A stretch of DNA of 64,000 nt from a virus (Duplodnaviria > Heunggongvirae > Uroviricota > Caudoviricetes), in IMG/VR virus record IMGVR_UViG_2695420521_000002, positions 35,400-99,399 of that record, one strand, 5' to 3'. Positions 1-10,419 of the stretch are shown piece after piece; the stretch's first letter is position 1; each line of letters begins with the position of its first letter. The notes beneath the pieces were generated by a model. The model searched no databases, was not told the DNA's origin, and saw nothing but the letters and a program-made list of their open reading frames with translations. Both the position numbers and the translations under genes were made by a program.

Positions 1-1366
1 GGTGAGTGCAGGTTGAGTTTTTTCTTCATGTCTTCCTTTGACATCACCTTCCATTGACCTGCGGAATTTATCCCTACCGGTATCTTTGATGCTTCCTCTA
101 TAGTCGCAGCCCCCTTATCAAGCCGCATACGCCCTGATTTTACAGCTTCTGCCGCCTGAATATTCGCGAAAGCGCGCATATCGAAATAAAGGCTTTTATC
201 TTCGCGGCTGTGCATCTTTTTACCCCAGCGGATACGCTGGACGGTAATACCATAGCGTTCGTACATCAGATCAGCCGTCGATTTCCCCAAGCCATCGCCA
301 TCAATAGCTATGGTTATGTTCGGGAACCGTTCTGGGTTACATTCTGCGAAAATCTTGGCTGCTAACTGCGTTTCTGTAACGTCTGTGTATTCCAGCATAC
401 GATAGCTGATTACACGGCGTTTATTTCGCTGGCCGGACACCATCATGATATTGATAACTGACTTATCTCGTCCTGTGCCACCAGCAACGTCAACACATGC
501 AACCCAGCCCCATCCTTTGGCAATCTTGACCTTCCGCCGCGTCGCCCGCTCAACCTCATCACGACCAAGAAGAAAGCCATCTTGAGATTTGGGAAATTCA
601 CCACGTACTTTGATCATGTACATGGGGTTATCACGACCGCCATACTCCGCAAGTTTTGCTCGTATAAATTTTGCATCTACAAGCGGAGATTCTTCACTAT
701 TCAGTATTATCGCAGTAAACAATCCATCAGGATTTCCCGGGCGAATAGCTAGTCTGTGGTGTGAATCGTAGAAATAGCCTGAAGGTCGCGTAGGCTGGGA
801 AAGAAGCAGAATACGGTTATCCTTACCGGTCAGCGCACCTGTTATCACACTGAATGCTTTATCACTCACACCCGACGCTTCGTCGATGATATACAAGAGA
901 TGATCGGCGTGTTCACCAGCCAACGCCTCCTCATTTCCGGGGCGACAGGACTTTATCAATATTGTCCAAACACCCTTGCCAGTCACCTCAAAAAAAGACG
1001 TTTCTGTAAGAATGAAATACTTCGACAACCACGGGAATCTGCTAACAGCAGTAGCCCAATTGCTCTTTATGTATTTGAAAATACCATCAAGGACTTGCTG
1101 TCTTTTGTTAGCGACCAGAATGACGCGAGCGCCGGGGAAAAACATGATGAAGAGTATTGCAATGATACTCGTCATATCCGACTTACCAGTACCATGGCCG
1201 GAGGTCACACTTGTCCAACTGCCGTCCTGCTGCGTGGACTCAATGATCTCATCCTGCTGCCAGGTTGGTGTCTTCCCAAACAACACATCAGCGGCCGCAA
1301 TCCAGTCATAACGATATAGCGCCACCAGCTCGCGCCAACGTGGGTCCGTTACGCAACTTCTGGCCA
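1..1366 (-). CDS. pacB: terminase large subunit PacB; C-terminal end cut by window edge
   Basis: Minus-strand ORF starting at ATG 1364-1366 directly after pacA stop; my translation shows P-loop SGHGTGKS and LYIIDEASG; open to position 1. Confidence 0.8.
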
Positions 1367-2560
1367 TTAATCATCATCCCCGTACAGTTTGCGGGTAACT
1401 TCTTCGTCTTCCTCCTCGTCTTCGTCCAGATCCTGTTCAAGCCATGCTTCGTTTGATATGCCTTCCGCATCGACATCACCATAACCACCTGTATCGACGA
1501 TATCGGCAATTTCTTCTCTACGATGCTCAATCCACAATGCGGCATCAGCGCGGCGGCTGGCGGCCCGTTCTCGCGCGATTTTATCCAGATCTTCAAGTGA
1601 TGGAGCGCCAGATGCTGTTTGGTTTTCCTCATCATCGGTATTGGTCTTAGGAGCACGCAGATCGGCTTTGATTTGCTCCAGCATCAGGGGCGGCACTTTT
1701 CCGCCATGCGCCTCGATGAATTCAGCAGCTTCCAGCACTGACCAGTTATTTTCACGCTTTCGTTCGTATGCCAGCTTAACAATGCCAGCTTGCCCCATAG
1801 ATAAAGCGTGCTTTTCCGCCTCCCGGCTTTCTTTTCGATAGTTATTCCGGATGCTATAAATGGTGTTGATCAGGCTGCTTATCTGCGCGGAACAGCTGTT
1901 TAGCATGCTCGCGATACGGTATTCAGGCGGAGTACCTTCATCATCGTCTTTTTGCTGATCGCGCATTTCCTGCACCAGGCGAATACACGTATCCCGGGCG
2001 TTCTCCAGCATAAGGAGATGAGAAAGAGACTTTTCAAGAAGAGTGGTTTCCAGAACATCGGCCCCGGACCGACGCAACATAGCGCGCGCGGCCTTCCGCG
2101 CTTCAACGTTATCTATCAGGTAATCGCCAGCTTCGAATTCAAAGCGTTCACCATCATCATCCAGGGTGTCGCGTTCCAGGCGATCACGTAAGGTCCGGTG
2201 GGCGCGGGTGATCACGTCATGATCATCTGAACGATCATTTATGCGCTTATTTTGGCGCTTCGCATTCTCGACTGCGGCACTGATAACGGCATTAACTCTT
2301 TGTTTTTCCGCTATTTCAGCCGCAATGTGATCACCTGCATGTTGATCATTAGAGTGATCAATGATCATGCTTTTTAGTGGCTTCCTGACTGGCTTATTTG
2401 GCTTGCGGCTGTCCGCTGTCCTGGTGTCTTCTTTAAAGGCACGGAGATAACGACGTGCAGTATTAGGGTTAAGATTAAACTCGGCGGCATACTGTGCGAT
2501 GGTGTAACCACCATCTCGCGCCAGGCGAGCAAAATTCTTCTTGTGATCGTCCCAGGTCAC
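1367..2560 (-). CDS. pacA: terminase small subunit / pac-recognition protein PacA
   Basis: 397-aa ORF just upstream of pacB; contains clustered TGATCA hexamers typical of the P1 pac site; position after lpa as in P1. Confidence 0.8.
   Translation of the reverse strand: MTWDDHKKNFARLARDGGYTIAQYAAEFNLNPNTARRYLRAFKEDTRTADSRKPNKPVRKPLKSMIIDHSNDQHAGDHIAAEIAEKQRVNAVISAAVENAKRQNKRINDRSDDHDVITRAHRTLRDRLERDTLDDDGERFEFEAGDYLIDNVEARKAARAMLRRSGADVLETTLLEKSLSHLLMLENARDTCIRLVQEMRDQQKDDDEGTPPEYRIASMLNSCSAQISSLINTIYSIRNNYRKESREAEKHALSMGQAGIVKLAYERKRENNWSVLEAAEFIEAHGGKVPPLMLEQIKADLRAPKTNTDDEENQTASGAPSLEDLDKIARERAASRRADAALWIEHRREEIADIVDTGGYGDVDAEGISNEAWLEQDLDEDEEEDEEVTRKLYGDDD
2181..2367. other. pac: pac packaging site: two clusters of four (T/C)GATCA hexamers about 90 bp apart
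   Basis: Hexamers at 2181, 2209, 2220, 2232 and 2328, 2343, 2355, 2362, all containing GATC, inside the 5' part of pacA. Confidence 0.7.
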
Positions 2561-2641
2561 TTATGCTTCCTTTCGTAAAAACTCTTTTTGACGCGAGGGT
2601 AACGAAAGTCACATGTCAAAAGGCCCGGAACGGGCAAGCAA

Positions 2642-3094
2642 TCAGATACGTGCGGATGTGGCATTACCGTAATGACGGTGCTGACGGGCCACCTTATTGA
2701 AAAGTTGACGCGCCATTACCCAAGGCTGGTGCTCCCGGCGTTCCTTTTCGTCCTGCGTCATATAGAGTTCGTTCTGGAGTTTTTCATCAAACCGGCGCGG
2801 CGCGCGGCTGCGGCGAAAGAATTCAGGATTCAGAGAGTGGATCTGAAATCTGCGTGGGCGTGTACTGTCATCAATCAAAACAGACGAATACTTAGACACA
2901 GCGATAGCCTTTAAGCGCAGATAAACATCGCGCTTATCGACATCCAGATGCGGGTATTCCTTTTCAAGAATTGCTGCGAGTTCTTTCGCTGATAGAAGAG
3001 ATTTAGTGCGGATCATGTAATCCGCAATCTCGTACGATGTTATTCGTGAGTGATTTATTTCCATGAAGTGGCGTCCCTGCCAGTTAAGTAACAT
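2642..3094 (-). CDS. lpa: late promoter activator Lpa (gp10-like)
   Basis: 150-aa ORF between pdcB and pacA; C1 operator-like 17-mer just upstream; synteny with P1 phd-doc-pdcA-pdcB-lpa-pacA-pacB. Confidence 0.65.
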   Translation of the reverse strand: MLLNWQGRHFMEINHSRITSYEIADYMIRTKSLLSAKELAAILEKEYPHLDVDKRDVYLRLKAIAVSKYSSVLIDDSTRPRRFQIHSLNPEFFRRSRAPRRFDEKLQNELYMTQDEKERREHQPWVMARQLFNKVARQHRHYGNATSARI

Positions 3095-3164
3095 CCTGTC
3101 ACCTACTGATTAGCCCATGTCAACTAATCAACGTGGAATATAATACCCTCGATTAAAGAAATAG

Positions 3165-3181
3165 CAATACATTAGAGCAAT
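3165..3181 (-). promoter_or_regulatory. C1 repressor operator-like site upstream of lpa (Op86-like)
   Basis: Plus strand CAATACATTAGAGCAAT; about 14/17 match to reverse complement of P1 C1 operator consensus ATTGCTCTAATAAATTT. Confidence 0.55.
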
Positions 3182-3182
3182 T

Positions 3183-4226
3183 TTATCTAACGTTCGACGA
3201 GTGACTTGTGATAGCGCCGACTCCAAGCGCGTAATCAAAGAACAATCGTTGATGCATCGCCAGCCTACCGTGCGTCTTCTCCCAATTATCGCGGTCACGC
3301 TCAATATCACGCTGGCATGACTGGCACAGAGGAATAGCATAAATGTCATGCGCGCATAATCGACTATGACGAACGATATAAGGCGTAATGTGAGCGCCAG
3401 CTCCCGCAGCTCCACACCCACAGCATGGACGGGAAGCAACAAAGTCCATGTACTCAGGTAATTTTAGCGATTGCAGTTTTGGTATTTTGAAATGCGCCAT
3501 ACCTGGGTCGGAGTCAACATCCACTGGACATACTTTTGCGCGCATCGGCGCGGCACGTTCTTCCATCATCTGAACATATGCTGTAGCGCGATCGTCATAC
3601 GGGCGAATATCCGCCTCTTTCAGAGGTCCGCTATCCTGCGTTGCTGCCTTAATCTTATTTATTGATATACGGCAGACTTCTTCCGGCATCAAGTGCATCA
3701 TGTCGCGCATGAAAGCCCACCAGCACAGTTCCTGAATACTTAAATCATGGCCATCTGAAAGCCCCATTTCCTGACGGGCGACATCCAGTATCCAGTTAAC
3801 GCGATTATTATGCAGCGTTTCTTTCAGCTCATTAAAACCACGCATCCTGTAATGGTTATCGTGATGCCAGCACAACAACACCGCGCTATTGTCTCGTTCT
3901 GCGTGGACAATATGGTTGTCACACCAGCTACGATCTGCGGCCTGGCATTGCCCCTCTTTCCTGCGCAACCACGCCACCAGCGCGTCAATTCCACCAATAC
4001 GGCGAAACAGTTCATCGCTGTTAAAAAACGGCTGCAACGCCTCATTTGTTGCCATAGTTTGCTCGGAAACAACGAGGCCGTCGTCCATGTGCTCGATTAA
4101 CTCACGCGGCACCGGCTCCATAATAAATTTACGGCCAGCCTCCACCAGCTTTCTGACTTCCTGATCCACTTTGAATGTGGCGACGCCAAGCTCTTTTTGT
4201 ACAAAGGGAGTAATTACGGCTTTCAC
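3183..4226 (-). CDS. pdcB: PdcB-like protein (post-doc), unknown function, Cys-rich C-terminal region
   Basis: 347-aa ORF in operon position after doc-pdcA; symbol by synteny only. Confidence 0.5.
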   Translation of the reverse strand: MKAVITPFVQKELGVATFKVDQEVRKLVEAGRKFIMEPVPRELIEHMDDGLVVSEQTMATNEALQPFFNSDELFRRIGGIDALVAWLRRKEGQCQAADRSWCDNHIVHAERDNSAVLLCWHHDNHYRMRGFNELKETLHNNRVNWILDVARQEMGLSDGHDLSIQELCWWAFMRDMMHLMPEEVCRISINKIKAATQDSGPLKEADIRPYDDRATAYVQMMEERAAPMRAKVCPVDVDSDPGMAHFKIPKLQSLKLPEYMDFVASRPCCGCGAAGAGAHITPYIVRHSRLCAHDIYAIPLCQSCQRDIERDRDNWEKTHGRLAMHQRLFFDYALGVGAITSHSSNVR

Positions 4227-4253
4227 ATCACACCTTTCATCACTGATTGGGCT

Positions 4254-4454
4254 TTATCTGCTGCCCGGCATTCTCTGTTTAAGCACAACCATTTCCTGAC
4301 GGCATAACACAGCAATAGCAGTCCTGGCTCCAATTTGCTTACCAACCAGGTATTGCTTTACCTCGCGGCGACTCACGCCATCAAGAAGCATCTTTAACGC
4401 TTCACGGGACAATTTGTTGTATTTACGTGCCATTAATCTACTCCGCGGAACCAT
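4254..4454 (-). CDS. pdcA: PdcA-like small protein
   Basis: 66-aa ORF overlapping the 3' end of doc by 17 nt; symbol by synteny. Confidence 0.45.
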
Positions 4455-4818
4455 ACAATCTACGTAACGTGTCGGCGACAGAAGATACAGATATCTCGCC
4501 AGTTGCAGCGCCTACGGTAAGGTCTGCCAGTTCAGGTGAATCAAATACCTGCACCCCGTTACGGCGTAGAAATAGCAGCGCACTGTTTAGCGCGGTACGC
4601 TTATTGGCATCATTGAATATATGCCCTCTCGCTGTAGCCACCAGGTAGGTGGCGGAGACTTCGAAAAGGTCGGTGATCTCTTCGTAGGCAACTCTGGCCT
4701 GAACTCTCCCGATAATGGCCTCTGCCCTACCCGGATCAGACATTCCCGGCAGGCCGCCGTAGCGGCTTATATTCGCATCATGAAGCGCAATAAGTTCTTC
4801 CGGTGATATATGTCTCAT
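4438..4818 (-). CDS. doc: Doc toxin (Fic/Doc family)
   Basis: 126-aa protein [22 protein letters not shown]...; start ATG shares one nucleotide with phd stop (TAATG). Confidence 0.95.
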
Positions 4819-5045
4819 TATCGGTTAACCAGTTCCTTGTTGGTGGAGTCCAGGGTGTCAAACAGGGATGCAAATTCAGCATCCAGCGCCGCTTTTTTGT
4901 AGGCTTCGAAAGTAGCCTTGCTGACAATTACTGCTGGCTCACGGCCTCTGCGGGTGATTTCAACCTCTTCCCCGGCTTCAACATTGTTGAGCACTTCAGA
5001 AAGGTTGCCACGCGCGGTACGGAAGTTAATGGATTGCATAAACAC
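4818..5045 (-). CDS. phd: Phd antitoxin (prevent-host-death); true start probably ATG at 5039
   Basis: Translation [49 protein letters not shown]... matches P1 Phd as I recall it. Confidence 0.95.
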
Positions 5046-5080
5046 CTCGTGTACTCGTTATGTGTACACAATTATAAACT
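5046..5080 (-). promoter_or_regulatory. phd-doc promoter/operator: -10 TATAAT overlapping GTGTAC-type palindromes
   Basis: Minus strand TATAAT (plus 5071-5076) followed by TGTGTACACA (5061-5070) and CGTGTAC (5048-5054). Confidence 0.55.
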
Positions 5081-5439
5081 TCACAGGCATAAAGCACCAG
5101 CACTTTGCAGCTTAAATAACCGGACAATAATCAAATTCCCCACTTCGGGCATCATTGATGACATGAGTGATCACACCAAAAACAGCATTACTGCCCGTAC
5201 ATCCTAGTGTTGACGTGGATACATCCACTATCTTTGGCTATCCGCTGCCCACATGAAGTAGCTCACTGATGGATATCGAAGTAACCTTGCTGAAAATTAC
5301 CGCTAGTTATTCATACTCCGCCATTCCTCCTATGCTTCCATACACCGAGTTCATGTGTTTTTAATCGACAGTAACCATCTGAAACATAGATAAGAGAATC
5401 TAAAACGAAGGTCTACTCTATGCTAAATAGAAAGGGAGG

Positions 5440-5484
5440 CTCAATAGAATAATGGCGTTGAGGAAGTCAACGCCATTATTATTT
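5440..5484. terminator. hairpin terminator downstream of invasin-like gene (bidirectional-looking)
   Basis: 11-bp perfect stem AATGGCGTTGA/TCAACGCCATT (5451-5477) with A/T-rich flanks on both sides. Confidence 0.55.
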
Positions 5485-5510
5485 AAGATTGAGTCATTCT
5501 AAGCAAAAAA

Positions 5511-8500
5511 TTATTCCGCTTCCTTATCATTCGCCTCTACAGCATTAATGGTTATTGTTACCGGTTCCATTTCGTATCCTCCATAGTTTAGAGAGTTGAA
5601 TGTTAATGTATATTTTCCTGGCTTAGTGGTGCTAAATTTGCGTGTAATTTTACCGTTTACAAAATGGTCGGATTTAGAAGGCAGGAATTCATAATCCTCT
5701 TCTTTCACATTGTCAGGTGCCTGAATCTCAACCCACATAGTGCCCCCGACAGGATTATTTTCCGCCATAAGAGTAATCTCCAACGTTGCGGTTGTTGTCC
5801 CATCCGCCACCAGAGATGTAACATCAGACGATGCGGCAAGCACTGCGTTTTTGTAATCCACAACGAATCTGGACTCAGCTGTTTTAGTCGATGTTTGACC
5901 ATTAGTCTGCTTAACTGTAGCCGTCACTGTATACGTCGCAGCCGTTGTTGTTGTAGCAGTGAAAACAGCCAGCCCTTGCTCATCTGTTGTAGCCCCCCCG
6001 TCAGGTGACAGAGTTAATTCTCCCGGACTGGTACTAGCACTGGCACTCAACGTAACCTCACTCCCTTTCAGGAGGTTGTTATTAGCATCAGTTACCGTAA
6101 TCTTGTATGTTTGTTTATCTTTACCATTTGCCAGAGCATTGTTATTAATCACCTCTATGCTAGAAATGGTTGCTGTAGCTTTGTCAGCCACAAACGTAAT
6201 CGTCTTGGTATCTGAAGGCTGCTCATTTTCTGTTGATGCCGTGACCTCATACGATCCAGCAATCACGGAAACTACTTGTAGTTCCGCTTTACCCTCATCG
6301 TTGGTCCTCACCCAAATGTGTTTCCCAGTAATAGGTCTGACCCCCTTTGGTAGATTAAACGTCACCAACTCTCCAGGAACTGCATTGCTATTTTTATCCT
6401 TAACAATAGCCGTCAGCGTAAAGGCATCACTGCCATTTGCTGCTCTTTGAGAGCTATCGTCAACCTGAAGGCTTACCTGCCCAGAACTGGCATCCGCACT
6501 GAACGTCACCGTAACCGTCTTCTGAGCACCATTCACCGAAGCAGTAATATTGTGTTCCCCAGCAACCGTTGACATCAACTCAATATCAGCTTTACCCGCC
6601 GCATTAGTTGTTACCGTATTCCCTGTCTTGCTGGTCACACCCTGCGGTAAAGTCAGCGTGACATTTTGCCCCTGTAACGGGTTGCCATAGGTATCCACGA
6701 CGGTCAGAGTTATCTGGTTAGCAGACTGTCCATTAGCCAGTTGGTTGTTAACCTTCACTGTCATATCACTGATTACTGCCTGAGATGTGTCACCTGCAAC
6801 ATTCAGCACCAGAGGCTGGGCAACGGCATTTTGGCCGTTCACTCGCGGCATCACGATTAATTCACCCGCCGTAGTACCCAGAGAAATCTGCGCAGTCCAT
6901 GTTCCATCGCCATTATCTGTCCAATCTGATACCGACGACCCCGTAGAGGCTGCGCCCGATAATGACGGCGCTTCCGGGGTGATACCTGTTACTGGGTTGT
7001 CATTGGCATCTTTTGCTGACCAGATTGCCGTAAGCGTACCGCCAACCACAGGTTTATCCGAGGTCAGAGTGATAGTTGAGTGTTTGGCATCAATCGGCCC
7101 GGCAACAAACTTCAGCGTTTGTTGCAACAAGCCCAACTGATACTGCTCACTAAAGACACGCACAACAACATCTCCGGCACTGGTCGAAGAAACCGTGGCG
7201 CTGTAAATCCCAGGTTTTATCTCCGAAATAGTGCCAACGGTAACTCCGTTGTTGTCCTGCGGAACAAAGCGCAGACGGCTGGCTTCTCCCGTCACAGCGT
7301 TGCCATCGGTATCTACCGCTGTAAGCGTCAGCGTGTAGGATTGCTGACCATCAGCAGTCACATCATCTGAAAGCTCACTCACACTCAGAGTGGACTTTGT
7401 CACATCCATCATTGTGGCACGCAAATCGGCAGTAACGGTTTTGCTCATACCATCAATGCTCACAGTAATGGTTGCTTCACCTGATTGCGTACCAGTAGTG
7501 AAGACTGACTGATACACCCCTGCTTCAGTTTCGGTGAACTCACCTAATGTTGGCTGTGTCTGTGATTTAGCAGACCTAAGAGCCCGCGTTACAATGTTTC
7601 CGGCAGGTTTAAACGTCAGCTCAGTCTTGATCTGATCTTTCATACCCGTGATTGGTTGTCCCTCGGCATCGCGGAGAGACAGCGCCAGCGTTTTTTGCGA
7701 GCTACCATTAGCAAGCATCTGGATACTGTCCTGTCCGTCAAGCGTTAGCGCAGAACGATCGGCACTCATACTCGCACCGGTAATGACCACCTGTGTCTTT
7801 ACACGCTTCGAGGCATTGCCTTTGTTATCATATGCTACCGCAGAGATCGCGTAATAATTGTCTTTGCCTGCCTGATAAGCCGGGAGCGTCACTTGCCACT
7901 GGTTGCCCTGCCCGGTAATTTTACCGCCCGCAGCCAGCAAAGACGGCGCCTCCCACTGCACATTTTTTAGACCGTGGGTTGCTTTACTGACCACAAGCCC
8001 CAGGGATACCGTCTGCCCGCTCTTACCTTCAATACGCTCAGGCAGAGCAATACGGATCACTTCAGATTTGCGGTATTCAAGAACGATGTTGTTATTACGC
8101 TCAACCAGGTCATAGCGGCTGCCTGTCAGCACACGGCGCTCGCGAATGCTATCCGTATCGAGTTGTTTTTCCAGAGGTTCGCCAATCCGGTAGTTAATTT
8201 CCAGGCCCAAACGGGTGTCATTCTGACCGCTCTTGCCCTGCTTATGCTCTGCGCTCAGGGTCAGAAGAGGTACAGGCGTGTAGTTCACCCCAGCTGAAAT
8301 AGCATGTGGGTTTTTCTGGCGTTTATCTTTACCAAACAGTCCTACCTCATCGCCGTAATACTGTTCATACATCAGGCTTGCGCCAAGCTGTGGCCAGGCC
8401 GGTAAATAGCCCTCAGCACGGATATCCCAGCCATTCGCCGGACGTTCCTGATAATCCTCAACATCCGGCGATTTTTTCCAGCCAGAAGCCCGGATATAAC

Positions 8501-9146
8501 CATTGGCGCTCAGTTTAAGATAATCACGCCAGTATTCCGTACCAATACCAATGCGGGTATGACTACGGGATAAATCATGGTCAATGAAGGTATTCACCCC
8601 CGCCATCCAGTCATTACCTGAGAAATGGCGCCAGCCGAAACCAATATTTGACTGAGTGCGATCGTCAGTGCGATGTATTGCCCCCTGAGTGAACAGCATA
8701 TTTGTCGGCGTGTCATATATCGGATAAAGCATTTCCAGCGAAGAATCCTTCAGCGAGAAATCTTTATCGGCATTCAGTTTGACGCGCGCGGTGCCATATT
8801 TCCCGAGCCACTCCTGGATTTCCTGGGTGGCCTTAGCAGTAGCCATTCCGGTAACAAAGTTGCGAGTCGCATCGCTATCCGGCTGACTGCTTAAAAATTT
8901 ACCGGCATTCGCGGCAACCGACGCGATATTTTTTTCTGCATTATTGTCAGTAGCAACCGCAGTATTTTCCGTAGTTAGACGTGGCAAAGTCGCATTATGC
9001 GCCCGCGCTGCCATTGTCGGTGTAAAAGTGACAGCCAATGGAAAAAGAACCTGAACAGAGATGTTTGCCCATGCCACACATCTAGCCAAGGCGGAATAGC
9101 GGAAACGTTGTTGTTTATAAGTTTTATTTAAACGTAACATTGACAT
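5511..9146 (-). CDS. inverse-autotransporter adhesin, invasin/intimin family, with many tandem bacterial Ig-like domains
   Basis: 1211-aa ORF; N-terminal hydrophobic leader, Trp/Tyr-rich beta-barrel-like region (GFGWRHF, GYIRASGW), then long Thr/Val/Ser-rich repeats typical of Big domains. Confidence 0.75.
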   Translation of the reverse strand: MSMLRLNKTYKQQRFRYSALARCVAWANISVQVLFPLAVTFTPTMAARAHNATLPRLTTENTAVATDNNAEKNIASVAANAGKFLSSQPDSDATRNFVTGMATAKATQEIQEWLGKYGTARVKLNADKDFSLKDSSLEMLYPIYDTPTNMLFTQGAIHRTDDRTQSNIGFGWRHFSGNDWMAGVNTFIDHDLSRSHTRIGIGTEYWRDYLKLSANGYIRASGWKKSPDVEDYQERPANGWDIRAEGYLPAWPQLGASLMYEQYYGDEVGLFGKDKRQKNPHAISAGVNYTPVPLLTLSAEHKQGKSGQNDTRLGLEINYRIGEPLEKQLDTDSIRERRVLTGSRYDLVERNNNIVLEYRKSEVIRIALPERIEGKSGQTVSLGLVVSKATHGLKNVQWEAPSLLAAGGKITGQGNQWQVTLPAYQAGKDNYYAISAVAYDNKGNASKRVKTQVVITGASMSADRSALTLDGQDSIQMLANGSSQKTLALSLRDAEGQPITGMKDQIKTELTFKPAGNIVTRALRSAKSQTQPTLGEFTETEAGVYQSVFTTGTQSGEATITVSIDGMSKTVTADLRATMMDVTKSTLSVSELSDDVTADGQQSYTLTLTAVDTDGNAVTGEASRLRFVPQDNNGVTVGTISEIKPGIYSATVSSTSAGDVVVRVFSEQYQLGLLQQTLKFVAGPIDAKHSTITLTSDKPVVGGTLTAIWSAKDANDNPVTGITPEAPSLSGAASTGSSVSDWTDNGDGTWTAQISLGTTAGELIVMPRVNGQNAVAQPLVLNVAGDTSQAVISDMTVKVNNQLANGQSANQITLTVVDTYGNPLQGQNVTLTLPQGVTSKTGNTVTTNAAGKADIELMSTVAGEHNITASVNGAQKTVTVTFSADASSGQVSLQVDDSSQRAANGSDAFTLTAIVKDKNSNAVPGELVTFNLPKGVRPITGKHIWVRTNDEGKAELQVVSVIAGSYEVTASTENEQPSDTKTITFVADKATATISSIEVINNNALANGKDKQTYKITVTDANNNLLKGSEVTLSASASTSPGELTLSPDGGATTDEQGLAVFTATTTTAATYTVTATVKQTNGQTSTKTAESRFVVDYKNAVLAASSDVTSLVADGTTTATLEITLMAENNPVGGTMWVEIQAPDNVKEEDYEFLPSKSDHFVNGKITRKFSTTKPGKYTLTFNSLNYGGYEMEPVTITINAVEANDKEAE

Positions 9147-9823
9147 AATTTCTTGATGAACGCGTTAACGAACATTTGCAACTGCGAGTAAAAACATTTG
9201 CTTTCAGAAATTTCCGAGAGAAAACTCCTAGGGGGCGCGGATGCTATCACAAACCAAAAAGTGTAACAATACATGAACCAGAGAATTAATGCTTGTTATT
9301 TATCTGTCACCAATATGTTGTGATTGGTTAGCGTCAATGTTATTGGTTATGTTTACCAAATAATAAGAGGGAGTATTTCAATACATGAGAGGATGATTTT
9401 TTTAACATGGGAAGTGAAATCTTTTCCATTATTACATGGTTTATAAATTATAAAAAATGCCCCAATCCATGAATAACGCCTTTAGAGAAATACCCCCCCA
9501 TTTCTATATAATAACTTTGATGTAATGGACGATATATTAGAGCATGTGGCACGCAATCAGATAATAACAATCTTTTCCTTGGATAAATTAGAGATTAATA
9601 GTGCGTCATATTCACGACATAATGGCACACAAGGATTTCTAGATTATTGTTTATTACAATCGATACTATTAAGGTTTTTTTGTTGATAGAGAACAGCCAG
9701 AAATAGATCGCGGCCATAATGATTTTGAATGCCGTGTTCATATTTTCAGCTCCTGTGATTGATTGGAAACATGCCGCGCCTTGCGGCATGTTTTTATTTT
9801 CACTTTCTCTGTTTTAAAAATCA
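9147..9823 (-). other. about 680-bp AT-rich ORF-poor leader upstream of invasin-like gene
   Basis: Visibly AT-rich; no credible ORF; contains a hairpin and borders a C1 operator-like site. Confidence 0.5.
9770..9798 (+). terminator. intrinsic terminator-like hairpin with T-run on plus strand
   Basis: CATGCCGC-gcctt-GCGGCATG followed by TTTTTATTTT. Confidence 0.5.
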
Positions 9824-9840
9824 AGATTTATTAGAGCAAT
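9824..9840 (-). promoter_or_regulatory. C1 operator-like site (16/17) overlapping stop codon of the 168-aa gene, facing the invasin leader
   Basis: Plus strand AGATTTATTAGAGCAAT. Confidence 0.6.
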
Positions 9841-10346
9841 TATTGTTGATAAAGAAGCGCATTTTCATACTCCCTGACCATTAACGTAAGCACGCCGTGC
9901 CTCCTGAAAACACGCGCCACTTCAATCTTATCTTCCAGCGCGAACGCGATTTTACTTAGACCAATTTTCTTAAGGAGATCAATCTTTGCTGGGCCGTCAT
10001 TTCTGTCATCGGTGGCAGGACGCATAGATAGCAAAGGCTCAGCCCCGTTTGTTACGTACTTCCGCAGCCAGGCTCGTGTTTTATCCCTTGCGATCTCACA
10101 GCGCCCGGTTACAAACCAGACCGTGTAAACGTTAAATAACTGGCGCACCATATCAATAACTGGAGTGATGGGAGCATCAGTGTCACAGGCAAGGTTAAAC
10201 TCGTTCCAGTGCTCTGTTAATGCACCTTTGCCAGGTGGTGGAAGCAAATGCAGCCTGTCTTCCGTTGCCTCTGATATCGTCCCATCAATATCGACTATGA
10301 CGATATACGGACGTTCCTGGTGTGCGTGTTTATTGAAAATACTCAA
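9840..10346 (-). CDS. HAD-superfamily phosphatase-like protein
   Basis: 168 aa; N-terminal IVIVDIDGTI (DxDxT) and downstream FVTGR motifs. Confidence 0.5.
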   Translation of the reverse strand: MSIFNKHAHQERPYIVIVDIDGTISEATEDRLHLLPPPGKGALTEHWNEFNLACDTDAPITPVIDMVRQLFNVYTVWFVTGRCEIARDKTRAWLRKYVTNGAEPLLSMRPATDDRNDGPAKIDLLKKIGLSKIAFALEDKIEVARVFRRHGVLTLMVREYENALLYQQ

Positions 10347-10419
10347 ATGCCCTCCTCATTGGACGAAAAAAATGCTGGTGGGACGCACTCCACCAGCATT
10401 AAAAGTGACACTGTAACTA

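Noticed and set aside
5100-5450. Possible remnant of a UmuD-like (humD) gene between phd and the invasin gene
   Set aside because: Minus-strand translation gives only a 34-codon open stretch with weak resemblance to a UmuD C-terminus and no S24 peptidase motifs
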